From contig CM120642.1 in assembly GCA_051362555.1 (NCBI GenBank), forward strand, positions 2,294,001 through 2,358,000: a stretch of 64,000 nucleotides of DNA, in the 5' to 3' direction. The translations under genes were made by a program, and so were the position numbers. The DNA is from Lingula anatina (taxonomy: Eukaryota; Animalia; Brachiopoda). The notes under the pieces are model-generated. The model was not told the DNA's origin. It saw only the letters and a list, made by a program, of their open reading frames with translations, and did not search any database. Positions 12,404-25,874 of this stretch are shown here, piece by piece (position 1 is the first letter of the stretch; the number at the start of each line of letters is the position of its first letter).

Positions 12404-12444
12404 CATTATATATTTAATAATATACATTTAATAATATATATATA

Positions 12445-13211
12445 TATTAACCCATTACAGTGACGTCATATTTGCTCCGTAACACTAGTCCCGCGGCCAT
12501 GCTGGAGGGAATGAACGACAGGGAATAGTAGTGGTAATATAAGTGAACCAAATAAAATAAAATAAACTTCATATCGAGATCAAGTACACCAAAGGGAAAA
12601 GGATATATACAAGCTGAAGCTTCAGCTGCTCAGCAGGATCGACCAATATGAACTCAAGACAGTCTAAAAACATGAAATCCTACCAAATGCTACTTATCCA
12701 ACATCGTGTTGTCAGAAGATAGTTCAGTTATCTTGTACTTCATTTTTCTTGTTCATTGGGTAATAACAGTTATAGTTTGAGAGAGTTTAATGTGTAATCA
12801 TAAGTTTAACCTTACATAGAAGCAACTTTTTTTCATAAAGGATAGATTTAAGGAGAAATTTGAGCTGATCATCAGGATAAACCCTTGTGGACTCAAGGAA
12901 GAATGTATGCAGGATTGTCATAAAGTATGACATGAAATATTGCTGTCAGTTATGACTTATCTCTACATCGTGAAGCTGTCAGAAATTATTTCAACATTCT
13001 TGTACTTCATATTGGTTCATTAGAAAGTACATGTAACAAGACTTGTTTGAGAGAGTTTATTATTCACCATGCAACCATTCATATAAGCAACATGTTAGGA
13101 TTTTATTATTATTCAGTCATTCACAGAAGCAAGGCATTTTTCACACTTATATATTTATGATGTCCAATGTAAAATAACAATAATTCAGTTCATGAATTGA
13201 TCTTCATTTCT

Positions 13212-13253
<42 letters not shown>

Positions 13254-14223
13254 ATAATTTACTTGCGCCCAATCAGTGTGGCTTGGTGGGAAATGCCAGT
13301 CAATTTCCTAAATGCAAATTAATAGAAAGATGACAATAGTGATTTTTATTCGTATTGTAACTTACAACATTACAGTTGAAAGGAGCAGAATTTAACATTT
13401 TTACAGAGGAAAGTGCAAATTTATTTCATGAGGTTATATGTCAATTACACCTGAGGTAGAAATTTACTTGCAAAATAAAATTACTCTTATCACTACACCA
13501 AATCGAAAATTAAGCCACTAACTTCCAAATGCACCTCATACAGGTAAATGATTTAATTGGCCCAGCTCAGCTGTGTACAGTACAAATATAGCCTTGACAC
13601 TAATTGGCAATAATGCTAACCAGGTATTAAAGAGGTAGGTGACAGCCGATAAAATCTAGAGAGCACCGTAACTAATAACAAATTACACCCAAGGCAATAG
13701 GTGAGTCTTCATTATAAAAGTCGAAACCCTGCCTGGGTATTTCCACACGTTTTAACAAATTAACACACTCTCCACCCAAACTTTTTGGGCACTACTTTAA
13801 ATATATATGTAGTGTACGTGCGCCCCAAATGTACACACCTAGGTCTTTGGTTTTCTACTGTTTTTTCTTTTATGGTAAAATCTGCACCGCTTTGCTATAA
13901 AATAAATTAGTTTTATCCTTTACTTTTCCGAAGAGTCTTGATTCAAAGCCACCTCGCCGTCTCTCCTCCGTTTATGGTTTTAGTTCCTTCACCATGGATT
14001 GTTACCACTGCAGGCAGCCTGTGAACGCTTGTAAAGTTAGTTATCTTCTCTCGATCAAATAACCTGCAGTAATTCATCATTTTGCTAGGTTAAATATCAA
14101 AGAAAATACAGAAAACGAAAACTGAACTACAGACATGGCTTGTTCATGCGCAGCAGACGATTCCGGTCTCCCTCCAGAATGGCTGCCGTTTGTTTTGATG
14201 ACGCAGGCTCTAATGGGTCAATA
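12445..14223. mobile_element. Unclassified non-autonomous TIR element
   Basis: Ends TATTAACCCATTA / TAATGGGTCAATA with a subterminal GCCAT(G/T)CTGGAGGGA motif; a related end lies at ~45685-45742. Confidence 0.5.
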
Positions 14224-14920
14224 CAGATATCTCTGTAGCATTTTACATACCCTCCAGTTCCTTCCCATCTTTCTGTTCCCATTCTACATATACAGTGATC
14301 ATTTTACGATAAAGGTTACCACAAAACTGACAATTTGTTACTTTTATTTTTTCAAGTTTCTTTATTTCAGCAATATGACAGTGACGAGTTTACTTCAGTT
14401 GATATAGGCCTATATCCGCGGATCTTTCACAATCCCATTACGTTTATTTGCCGATGTACATGCATCACAATACATGAAATCAGTCCCATCCTCATTTTTT
14501 ATACCTTAACCAAGCACAGAGCTTTGTCCAGTGTTGTTTGAAGGAACAGATTTTCCTTTTTGACTCCGTTTTTGCCTCCGTCAAACATTCATCCGCGTCA
14601 CTCTCACTCTCAGCCTCAACGACAGTCACAGCGTTTACTGTCTCAGAAGTTTTCTCTAACTCGGCTTGACTCTGTCTCACCTTAAATATATTCTTTATTG
14701 TCTGTTAGCTTTCTATTAATAATTGCTTTTTCGGAGGCATGGTCGGATGGTCGCTGCATGAGCAGACGAACACGCTGCGGAAAATCTATTTTAGTCGAAA
14801 ATAGGTCAAGTGTAGAGTGGAGTGTGCAAAGCCATTACTAACGAGTGATATTATTGGCTATTTGATGCGTAAACAGCCAATCAGCTGGCATTTTTAAAAC
14901 ACAGTCTAACCGGAAGCTAT

Positions 14921-17900
14921 TGTTAGAATCCTTAATGGAAGGAAAGCAGGAGACCTACTAGGGAATTTTACCAGCTTCCAACCAGGTGGGTGCAGCACTG
15001 TCGATTACGTCTTATGTAGTACTGAGCTCTTCTGCAATATTCTCTATATGAAAGCTGAAGATTTAACCCCCCACTCAGACCACTGCCCCCTCCATTATAT
15101 GCTGCCATGTAACATCACCCACAAAAAAGGTCAAGAAAAAAAGTTAAAACCCAAACCACCTAAATACACCTGGTCCAAAGATTCTAGTGAAAAATTCACA
15201 AGTGCTCTTGCTAGTACAGAATGTCAAAGACTTATCAAAAACCTTAACGACTCACTGGACCTCCAAAACCAAAGCCCTCTTAATTCAACAAACTTAGTTG
15301 ACCAGTTCAACTCAATAATGGCAACAGCCGCTGAAAAATCACTAAAATGCATCAGGTACTCTACAAAGAAAAGAAAAACCAATCAAAGAAAGTGGTACAA
15401 CAAAACATTAAAGGAAATGAAAAGTGAACTTAAAACACTCAGCAAATCCAGAAGTAAATTCCCCAATGACCCTGTAGTCTCAGGCACATACTACTCTGCC
15501 ATGAACAAATACAAACGAGCCTGTAAAAAAGCCCAGCATAAATACAAGTCAGACCTTCTTGAAAAACTTGAATCTATGGAAAATACTGACCCTAAAGTAT
15601 TTTGGCAAACAATTAAAGAACTAAACGACAAAACCACAAGCTCAAATGCCAAGGATTATGTAGACCCTAACATATTTTTTGAACACTTCAAAAATCTCAG
15701 CAGTAATGCCGACGGCGGTGATTACGATAACACCTTTAAAGAGAATGTTGAATACCAGCTCCCAATTATGGAGGCAAACAATGACAACATCAGTCTCTTA
15801 GATCATGAGATTACCACAGAGGAAATTATTAAGGGAATCAACTCCCTAGGAAACAATAAATCACCCGGGGAAGACAAAATCACAAATGAAATGTTAAAAT
15901 CCAGTAAAACAATAATAGCACCAATTCTTCACAAACTATTTAATGCCGTCTTCCATAGAGCAGAATATCCAGATGTTTGGAATAAAAGTTTTATTACACC
16001 TATATTCAAATCAGGCGACCCCAGCAAAGCAGACAACTATCGTGGAATTTCCATAACCAGTTGTGTTGGAAAATTATATAACTCACTCCTGCTAACCAGG
16101 CTTAAAAGCGCATGCAAAAAGAAGGGCGTCCCACTCCCCCATCAAGCAGGATTTAGGGAAAATCACAGTACTGCAAACAACACATTTATTCTCAAGTCAC
16201 TTGTAACAAAATTCGCTAGGTCTAAAAGAAAGCTGTACACATGTTTTATAGACTTCAGTAAGGCGTTTGACTGTGTTTGGAGAGAGGGTCTCCTGTATAA
16301 ACTGTTAAAGCTTGGGGTTGGTGGGAAATTTTATAGAAACATCAAAACCATGTATAGTCATGCAACGGCTTGTGTTAAAACCCCTTCGGGCATCACCGAT
16401 TCATTCTCCACATATAAAGGTGTCAAGCAAGGGGATACTCTAAGCCCATTCTTGTTTAACCTATTTGTAGACGATTTACTAAGAGGTATAGACAATTCAA
16501 AAAGTGACCCCCCTCTGATCAATAACAAACCGGTGTCTGGGCTATTCTATGCTGACGACCTAGTTCTCTTTTCGAAAAGCCCATTAGGTCTCCAATATAG
16601 CCTGGATTGTCTAAAAACGTATTGTAAACTATGGAGACTTTCGATAAACATTAAAAAAACCCAAGTTGTCATTTTCAACAGCAAAGGAAAAATCACGGAC
16701 GGCACCACTCAAAGCAAACACAAATTTAACATTGGCGGTAAACTACTCACAATCTCGTCTAGCTACAACTACCTAGGAATTCTTTTCACTAGATCTGGCA
16801 AATTCACTGCAGCTCAAACAAGATTAAAAGAAAAAGCACAAAAAGCCTTTTTTGCTCTAAAAAGTTACTTTCCTCTAACCAGCCCTATTAAATCATCCCT
16901 CAAGGAAAAACTTTTCGATACAATCATAATGCCAATTGCAACGTACGGATCAGAAGTCTGGGGATATACCCCTCTTACAGACAGATCTCCATCGGAAAAG
17001 CTAAATCTCAGTTTTTGTAAACAAATTTTAGGTGTTCACCCAAAAACTTCAAACCACACAGTAAGAGGAGAGACTGGAAGGATTCCTGTTTACATAAAAA
17101 TTAACATACAATTAATAAAATTTTGGCTCAAAATATTACGCACAGACGAAAACAACCTACTCAAACAAGCATACCTAGATGAATTACATTATTACAATTT
17201 ACTCACAACAAAAAGCCTGCCAAACCTGAACGATGATAACCTGTCATGGAGTGAAGGTATTATGAAACTCTTGTTTGAAAACGGATTTGGAGATGTATGG
17301 CTAAAACAGAATCCTGACATAAATTTCCTAAGTATGTTCAGAGAACGAATCATAAGTGGGTACATACAAAACTGGCACAGTGAGCTTGAAGACAAATCCA
17401 AATCCAGAGTATATTGCCAATTCAAAAATACATTCAAAAAAGAAAAATATTTAGACCTTCTTCACGATACTGATAAAAGAAAAAACCTAAGCCGTTTTCG
17501 CACCAGTGGGCATAAACTTCACATTGAAACAGGCAGATACAATAACACTCCTCGGACCGACAGAATATGCCATTACTGTTCTAAAGACAAAATTGAAGAC
17601 GAAAAACACTTTCTCACAACATGCCCCCTATACAACGACCTGCGAACAATTTTATATAAGGTATTTACAAAACACGATACACATTTTGGCCTAAAAACAA
17701 TGGATGAAAAATTTACTATAATTATGAAATGTCAAGAAAAAGAAACTCTTATTGCACTAGCTCAGTTTCTCTCCTCCGCTTTTGCTAGGAGGGATCTACA
17801 AGACAGTGCTGCACTCATCGGTAATTGAGTAATAGTAGTAATAGAAACTTTTTAAATAGTAAATAAGTAAATATCCTTACTCATTGTGATTGTTTAATAA

Positions 17901-17985
17901 CATATTCACAAAAATTGTATTCATATTGTCATTTTCATCCACACAAGTGGATGCATATGTTACAGTGAAATAAACTTAAACTTAT
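14921..17985 (+). mobile_element. 5'-truncated LINE (CR1/L2-group-like non-LTR retrotransposon)
   Basis: Reading starts abruptly at RILNGRK...STVDY (end of the APE domain); 3' UTR with AATAAA near 17970. Confidence 0.9.
15048..17828 (+). CDS. LINE ORF2 reverse transcriptase (open, N-truncated)
   Basis: KSPGED, NYRGIS, QAGFR, FIDFSKAFD, GVKQGDTLSP, FYADD; C-terminal IETGRY...CHYC...HF..C. Confidence 0.93.
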   Translation: MKAEDLTPHSDHCPLHYMLPCNITHKKGQEKKLKPKPPKYTWSKDSSEKFTSALASTECQRLIKNLNDSLDLQNQSPLNSTNLVDQFNSIMATAAEKSLKCIRYSTKKRKTNQRKWYNKTLKEMKSELKTLSKSRSKFPNDPVVSGTYYSAMNKYKRACKKAQHKYKSDLLEKLESMENTDPKVFWQTIKELNDKTTSSNAKDYVDPNIFFEHFKNLSSNADGGDYDNTFKENVEYQLPIMEANNDNISLLDHEITTEEIIKGINSLGNNKSPGEDKITNEMLKSSKTIIAPILHKLFNAVFHRAEYPDVWNKSFITPIFKSGDPSKADNYRGISITSCVGKLYNSLLLTRLKSACKKKGVPLPHQAGFRENHSTANNTFILKSLVTKFARSKRKLYTCFIDFSKAFDCVWREGLLYKLLKLGVGGKFYRNIKTMYSHATACVKTPSGITDSFSTYKGVKQGDTLSPFLFNLFVDDLLRGIDNSKSDPPLINNKPVSGLFYADDLVLFSKSPLGLQYSLDCLKTYCKLWRLSINIKKTQVVIFNSKGKITDGTTQSKHKFNIGGKLLTISSSYNYLGILFTRSGKFTAAQTRLKEKAQKAFFALKSYFPLTSPIKSSLKEKLFDTIIMPIATYGSEVWGYTPLTDRSPSEKLNLSFCKQILGVHPKTSNHTVRGETGRIPVYIKINIQLIKFWLKILRTDENNLLKQAYLDELHYYNLLTTKSLPNLNDDNLSWSEGIMKLLFENGFGDVWLKQNPDINFLSMFRERIISGYIQNWHSELEDKSKSRVYCQFKNTFKKEKYLDLLHDTDKRKNLSRFRTSGHKLHIETGRYNNTPRTDRICHYCSKDKIEDEKHFLTTCPLYNDLRTILYKVFTKHDTHFGLKTMDEKFTIIMKCQEKETLIALAQFLSSAFARRDLQDSAALIGN

Positions 17986-18199
17986 TCAATACAACAACGG
18001 GAAAACGAACATGATTAACCTACTTTAACGACTAGTATTTTATGCGGATCAGCGATGCATATGGACAGGTTATTTAGGAATCTCACACAATTAAAAATCT
18101 TTGCGTCCATGGGGACGCATATGCTATAAAACTCTGCGTCTACGGTAAAAAATGTGCGTCAGGGACGCGGGACGCAGAGGTAAAATGATCACTGCATAT

Positions 18200-19510
18200 A
18201 CTAACATGTTGCTTAATTATTAAGATAGGTACATAAATAGTGTATGCTTGCACAAACCCATATACAAATATCTCCGGAGATCTATCAATGACCACACCTA
18301 AATTATCTTTAGCGGGGCAAATTATGCACATCCAAACATTTTTTACATGTGGACAATCTCAAAAAACGTACAGAATATTTTCTCTAGCAGTATTGCAAAA
18401 TTCTCAAATTCATAAGATAAGCATAAGTATTGAATATTCTATGATTTATTCTGAATTGGAGCAACTTCATATTCTTGTGATCTGTTTCTTAAATGTTAGT
18501 TCCCAATTATCAGTACTCAAGGTTTTTTTTTTAAATATGTCTGCCATTCACCCACACCTTTATCTGGTAATATTACATGGCTTTGGAGGATTTTTTGCAA
18601 AAAAATATCTGGATGGTTTGGTAACTTGTTTAATTGAGTCAATTATTTCTTGGAATGCTTTGAGTAATTTCCTTCCATGGGAAGAGATAGCCATTCAGAT
18701 GGTAAGCTCTTTTGGATGCTGAATTAGCCCAGAAAGTTAGTGTTAAGGTTGATTTTTTGTTGAGTTCCTCTAGACAGAGGGGATTTCAAATGTCATTTAT
18801 AATATCATTGATGTAAAAAAAAAAAAAAAACACTTTTACACCATCTTTTATGGAAAATAGTTTTTCAGTTTCTTTCAATTTTTGAGTTTTGACATAATGG
18901 TTGTGATAGGATTTCATCTGGGGTTAAATTGAAATTTTCCTGAATTTCACTCAAAGAACCAATAATCTTTGCCAAAAGGGATAAGAAGTTGCTTTTAGTA
19001 TATTTAATCCACCTTTTGTTACTACCGATTCCTGACATTTCGCCAGAAAAACACTCTCCACTTACTCTTATTTTCTTCATAAAGAAGTTTTTTAAGCCAT
19101 GTAAAGTTTAGGGCCTTGGTAAAATTTTTATTTGCGGTACCTTTTACCATCCATTTTTGTAATCAGACGCCTTCCTTGCTCATTTTATTTTGTATCTTTT
19201 CCCATTCCTGATAAAGTTAAATATGATATGCATATTTTTAAGTATTGAGGGAGGGGGGGGCTGGTAGGAGAGTTTATACATGCACTACTTAAGATGAGAA
19301 ATACTAAAGGTTTAACCACTGTTGACTTCCTATTATTGAAAGGTTTCTCAGAGACCAGATTTCCAAGATATTTTTCATATTGTTCAAATTTTTTCTAAAA
19401 AGTTTTTTTCATATTGCATTTTGTCAGTTTCTATTCTCTACCAAGTAACTTAAATACACCTGCATGGTTCTATTTTAATTCTTTTTGTTAATCAATGAAG
19501 TTCAAAAGTT
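18200..19510 (-). mobile_element. Highly decayed L1/Tx1-like LINE fragment
   Basis: Broken frames give EIWSLRNLSIIG/KSTVVK and ILSQPLCQNSKI, typical of the L1-clade post-RT region. Confidence 0.55.
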
Positions 19511-20719
19511 TCTGTTCACACCCAAAGGCTGTTAGATGCCATATCTTACTTCCACCAAGGCTGCTCTACAACAATATAAGAGTATTCTTGCGAGATGAAC
19601 ATATCTGAATCAGCACTACGTTGCCATGACATCAGATACCATGTGCTCACTCTGGTTGGACTTGTGTGGAACAGTGGACCCTTGTGGACACATTTGCCAG
19701 AAGCTATTGACCTGCCCAGGGTTGCACCAGTGTGCATGTAGGTGCAGATGTAGAGGCTGACAATGCGCAAGGGCAAAATGCACTGTATATAGCACATACA
19801 AGGGAGAATTAAACGTCTTAACTATTGCAAAGTTTTATAAAGAGTCGTAAGGTGATAAAAGCATGGAAATGGCTGTTTGCTAACTTTGAACATGCTGCCT
19901 TAAGTATCTGCACTGGCAATGTTTTTGATCAGGTGTGTGTAAACATCACACAATTGTTTCAACTTACTGTCCAGATTAATAGTATGAACATCTTGCTCAA
20001 AAGTGTAGTTCTTAGCTAGTATTATAGATTTGCCTTACTTAATAGACTAACGCAACTTTAAATGCTTGTTGCTAGGGTAATATGCTGCCTAGCAATCGTG
20101 GCTAAGGTTAATTTGGGTTTTAATTGCCTTAAAATAGTCCAGTGATAGTTCTGATGCCAAGAAACAGTTATTAGCATTTCTAAACCATTTAAACTGGACA
20201 AGAAAGGTCTAATTAGCTTGTTACTAAGGAAATTCACTTCCATAGCAAGGGTTGCTAAGCAACGCTTTGAAACTTTGGGCACTGCCCTTGAAAATGATCA
20301 GCATAGACCAAAGAACATTTGTGCCAAGTTTTATGCTTTTTCCACATTTTGAGCAATTTGGCCAAAATATAGCACCAGTCATCCAGACTATCAGGCCAAT
20401 GACCGCTACCTGGGGAGACACATCAGGGAGGGGTTCTTCCATCATGGACGATAGTCCATCCTGGATTGATTGATTGATTGATTGATTGATTAAAAAAAAA
20501 ATTAATTTATTTGAAGAAAGGATTAAGCCTTTAAATTTACTTAAATGTTTACAAAGCTGATATTCACAGAGCAAATCAGGTGTAACAGACAGAAGGCCTT
20601 CCTATTTTCAATGTTAAAAACCTACGTATCAAACTGAAAAAAAAAAAAAAAAGGTTCTAAGGCAGTGATTTTTTGCTCATGGACTTTGTAGTGATGTCTC
20701 CTCTTATTACTTGTACTAT

Positions 20720-20911
20720 CAGGCCTGTAGCCAGCAATTTCAAAAGGGGGTTTCTTTTTCTGAAAAAAAAATGGACCTTTTACAGTAAAAATGAAACCGT
20801 CTTGTACCTAGATGGAATTTTACACAGAATGGACCTTTTCCCAGCAAACAGAATGTTTCTTTCGAGCCCCAAAAAGCCCCCCCCCCCCCCCCCCCCCCGG
20901 CTATGGGTCTG
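20720..20911 (+). mobile_element. hAT-like MITE family F (copies 45824-45991, 58550-58728)
   Basis: CAGGCC(T/C)GTAGCC...GGCTA(C/T)GGG(C/T)CTG ends; 5-bp TSD GTAAC at the 58550 copy. Confidence 0.75.
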
Positions 20912-21008
20912 ACCATGCACCTTCTCACATGGTAGTTTGTAAAAAAAAAAAAAAAATACGCCTGTTACCAGTGTATTTCAAAAGCTGAAATCTTTTGTAT
21001 TCACATAC

Positions 21009-21069
21009 CTGGTCTTCAGAAGGAATTATGTCTGGACAATCCTGTACAACACACTTCTGCGGGCCACCA
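21009..21069 (-). CDS. TRAF2: TRAF2-like, coding exon 2 (end of RING)
   Basis: (S)GGPQKCVVQDCPDIIPSEDQ; tgcAG/GTATGT, 61 nt, phase 2/0 fits both neighbours. Confidence 0.85.
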
Positions 21070-21332
21070 CTGCAGGAATAAATAAAGTGTATTAGAACTG
21101 ATCTATCAAAGTATTTCATACAGAGAGCTTACTCCACTATCTTGAAAGAATTGCTACAATATCAATTCCACAATCTGTTTATAATTTGTAAAAACATATT
21201 TGACGCTGATTGAATTAATTTCACTTAATTACTCTGTATGAAAATATAAGTTCATGAATTAATCAATGATCTATCTAAAAATTGAATACATAGCTGTAAC
21301 CCTAAATGTATTGCAAAGGTGGGTCTCATTGT

Positions 21333-22738
21333 AAAACAAGGCAGCAAAGCTGTCACATGTACAGACAAAAAGCAGAAAATAACATGCACAACATAGGCTA
21401 CTGTCAATTCTGATGCAAGAGTAAATTATGCTTAACTGCAAATTCAACATCAGATTTTAATTATGCTCAACAGGTAATACCAATGTAAGTAAAATGTGTA
21501 ACAAGCATAAGGCTTCAGGCCGATGGGAGTTCAAGTTTACACTTTGAAAATGCCAGAATGAGAAAAATGAAAATTTCACACAAAATTGCATAAATTCAAT
21601 AATAAATGATAACCAAATTGAGCTGGCTTTCTAATTTGAACTGCATGCCAATCCTAAAAATCATACTTCAAAGTTAAAAATAATAATAAGTCCCACAGTT
21701 TTCTTTTCATAATGTTTGTAGTAGCAGTGCAAAAAGATTTTTGTCAATTTTGATATAACATTACATAATAAATTACAGAAAAATTATCACCAATTTTTGA
21801 TTATTGACTATAAATAACATGGACATGTAGAAAATTTGATTACCATTTGGCTTCATGTCCAAGGGAGCTCCAAGTCCCACAATGAATATGCCAATGATAA
21901 TAATGAATATTTCACTAAAATGTATAACTTCCAGAAAAAGAAGCCAATTAGACTGCTTTTCCAACTCGAGCTGCATTTTAGTCCTGTGTTTCTTTTTTGA
22001 AAGTTTGACAGTAATAAGAAACACGGTTTTCCCATAATGGTCATCATGGCAGCAGCAACAAAAATTGTGTTTCCTCTATTTTGATGCAACATTACATAAT
22101 GCTTAACAGCATATAATGACCATCAATTTTTAATAATAAAAGAAATGTATCATGGATTTTCAGAAAATGTGACTAGCATGGATCTTCAAGCCCGTGGAGG
22201 TTCTAAGTCAATATGTCTAATGCCAATATGTGAAAAATTAAATTTTCACAAAAAACTGTTGAACTGTCAGAAAAAATTACCAAACAGACTGCATTGCCTA
22301 CTGAAGCTGTATTTTACTTCCATGTTTCTTTCCATTAAGTTTGAGAACAGAAAGTGCAGGGTTGGAAACTCCCCCTAACATTCAACCAGACAGCAGGACA
22401 GGTTACTCTTGAAAGTTACCCGTCCTACCATAAACCAGCCCGTCCTCATAAAATCGACAGAACTGTGATAATACAGTGCATGTATGACTAAATTTAATAA
22501 TTCAAGACATTTTTGAATGTTGTTTTCTTTCAAACTTCATAGATAAAAGTCATAATACCAGTGCTGTCTTGATACCAAAGAGTCAAATTTATTTTTAAAT
22601 TCAGTTATGGTCGTCCCCCCACCCATACATCATAGATTGAAAAAAAAAAAAAAATAAATAAAAAATAAAAAATAAAATAAAAATAAAAATAAATAAATGA
22701 AAAATAAATAAATAAACAAAAAAATAAAATAAAAAAAT

Positions 22739-22787
<49 letters not shown>

Positions 22788-25700
22788 CTTACCTAATATC
22801 TATTAAAACAAAATTATAGCAAAACCGTTTGACTGAAATAAAATGCACAATAGTCAATACAGTCAGTACTGAAGAACAAGTATTTAAATTTAACTGAAGT
22901 ATCTACATCACTGCAATTTTCATGAAAGGAGCATTAAAATTCAAAACTGAACTATCAAATCATTGGCATGGTAAGCAGTAAGAGCTTGCAAGTAAAACAG
23001 TATCTTTTTGGTGAATAAAATTGGTGAATGTCAACTGCAAGTCACAGTGCCTGTCCTGGTATATGAAAACTTCACTTGACCAAAGATCAAGTCATTCTGT
23101 TTGAATTGTTTTAACTCTTCAAAATTTAATTGAAAAACCCCTGCATTTACTCATGAGATTTTTGCTAAATGAATTTCTTTAGTCATCTCCACCAGATTCA
23201 CTGTATTCATTATCATCCCTCTCTTCCATGTCTGAAAAATCTGACTCGTAGTCCGAGTCAACAGATTTTGATGGTTGCTCACTTGACACCTGAACGCTGG
23301 TGCCCTCCATTTCACCCTGTTCCACATCAACAATTATCTCCTCAAATTGGTCAACAGTAGATTTGGGCTTGCATCTTTCCATGAAAGTTGGCCTTCTTCT
23401 TGCCCCATCAGTGCATCACTGAGTTATTGATGGTTTGGGGTCAAATTTTTTAATTGTGCTTGAATGTAGCTGGATTAACATTAGCCGAGTCATAGATGAT
23501 GCTTTCAACATGTTTCTCCATTGATTCTTGATCACCTTCATCTGGGAAAACCCACGTTCACACTCTGCTGTACCAGCATGCAGTGACAGAACTAAATCAA
23601 CTAAACCTAATACATTTGAGCATCGCTCTCCATACATTGATTTTGATTGATTCTCATTGATTTTGGCCCACGACATGACATGCACCTTGTATTTCATTTG
23701 CAATACAGTTAAAACAACATGAACTCTTACCAATACTGATACTGTACACTCTTAATAATATATAGCTTTGTTAACCTTAAATATGCAACCTACTTTTTAT
23801 ACAGTAAATTCTTTGAAACTATCCATTCTGGCTCAATATTTTACCTGACTGAAATGGTTTACAAATGCTTGGTAACATCGGTAATATGATAAAGACGACA
23901 ATGTGGCGAGCTAATGTAGAGTACATTGTCTTCTACGTCTTTAGAAACACCACGAAAGTTTCTTGGCCTTCCTGAAAAAAATTCATGAAAAGCGACTAGT
24001 GACGGAGGTCCCTAAAGACTACGACCAGAATAAGAGGCAGCGAACGATTGTTCCAAGTTGGAAAGCAGAGTTTAGTTGGCTGATATGTAACAAAAACCGT
24101 CAAATTTTATATTGCAACACGTGCTGTTCTGTTTACGGCCCGCTTTCGTCAACGAAAACATTCAGGACAAATTTAACCGGTTTAAAAATGGACCCTTTGT
24201 TAAAGGATGCCAACATTTAGGACATCCTGAATGTACGCTACATTAACTCGCCAAATTGTCTTCTTTATCATATTACCGATGTTACCTTGCATTTGATTGG
24301 CTTATTGCAGTGAATCTTCCCGCGACAAAAGTCGGAAGTAGTCATTTAATGACGTATCAGTGACCTATATTCCCATATTTGGAATGTTCACGTGACTTAT
24401 TGGTTTATTGCAGTGAAATTTCCCTGCGGTAAAAGTCGGAAGTACTCAATGTAATGACATATCTCTGACCTATTTTCTCATATTCGGAATGCTCATGTGA
24501 TTTATATTGTAAACACTCATATATAGGTAAATGTGTGAAAATCAAAATCAAGAAAGGCGGGATGTTTCACGCTCAGATCTACTGACGACTTCAAAGTGCA
24601 GCCCAACCACAGGACGGTCTCCAAATTATTTTTACCCGTCCTTCATGAAATTAGACCGTCAAGGACGTTGGGACGGGCAGTTATTTCCAACTCTGGAAAG
24701 TGACATCATTTTTTTAAATGGTCATCATGGGAGCAGTGCCCAAAAAAAGGGGTTTCTTCAAATTTTGATACAATATTACATAATGTTTAACAGCATAATG
24801 ACCATCAATTTTTAATAAAAAATTATAATAACATAGACATTAAGAAAACATGACTAGCAAAGGTCTTCAGGCCCATGGAACTGCAAAGGCACACCTTGAA
24901 AATGCCTAAATGTAAACAAGACGGCACTGATCTGAAGTGGGTTTATTTCCATTTTTAACACTTTTTTAACATAAAACAAAATAAACAATTTACTGATTTT
25001 TTTAAATGATCAACTAAGAAAATTGATGAGATGGGAAAAGTATCAACAGAACAGTGTTAAATGTCCAATTGCCTCCATTCTGAGATTCTGAACAAAGTGG
25101 ATGATTGAATCTGACAAACTGCAATGATATGAGTTTATTTCCATTTTTGACACTTTATTACACAATACACGATACCAAGTTTACCATCATTTTTACATAA
25201 TCAACTAACAATGTTGTATTATTATAGATGCAGGAAATGTCAAACAAACACTTGTACGTATCTTATTAGTTAAATAATAAGACTGTTAACATGCCCAAGA
25301 ATTGAATTTGAGGAAATGTGAAAAAAACAGCATAACTTCTAAAATAATGGCTGATTATGCTGATTTTCAAACTTAGTCAGATTGACCACTCCTGTGAGTA
25401 TAGTGACAATTGGCCTATCTGCTTGTCTTAAATTGTGTTATCAGTGTTGAATATTTGCTGAAAAAAAGTGAAAAAACAGCATTAATTCCCTAAAAATGAC
25501 CCCATCATGCTGATTTTTGAACTTGACCTGCTTAATATGAATATTCATCAGTTCTGTAAGTTTCAAGTCAAAAGGTATAATGGTTTTTCATTTATTGTGT
25601 TATCGGTCCTGCATATATGCTGAAAAAAGTGAAAAAACAGCATAAATTCCCTAAAAATGACCCCATCATGCTGATTTTCGAAGTTGACCTGTGTATTATG

Positions 25701-25863
25701 AATATTTATCAGTTCTGTAAGTTACAAACCAAAAGAAAAAACAGATTTCCACTTATCCTGTTATCGTTAAAAGTGCACGGCGACGACGGCGACGGCGACG
25801 GCGACGACAGACGCAGATGACGGTTATATGTACAGACACATATCTGTGTCTGTACATAAAAAA
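21333..25863 (-). mobile_element. HINE-like element copy 2, split by a hAT element
   Basis: Colinear with copy 1 on both sides of 22357-24695. Confidence 0.75.
22357..24695 (-). mobile_element. Decayed hAT-superfamily (ZNF862-like) transposon
   Basis: TIR CAG(G/A)GTTGGAAA, TSD GAAAGTG; dimerization-domain remnant LVLSLHAGTAECERGFSQMKVIKNQWRNML (23416-23733 -); N-terminal zinc-finger remnant (23963-24220 +). Confidence 0.82.
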
Positions 25864-25874
25864 TGAATGTTTAA

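Larger units (their letters stand above)
14293..18194 (-). mobile_element. hAT-like non-autonomous element interrupted by a LINE
   Basis: TIR CAGTGATCATTTTAC / GTAAAATGATCACTG, flanked by CATATA on both sides; N-terminal transposase-like remnant (RKICSFKQHWTKLCAWLRY) at 14492-14740. Confidence 0.7.
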
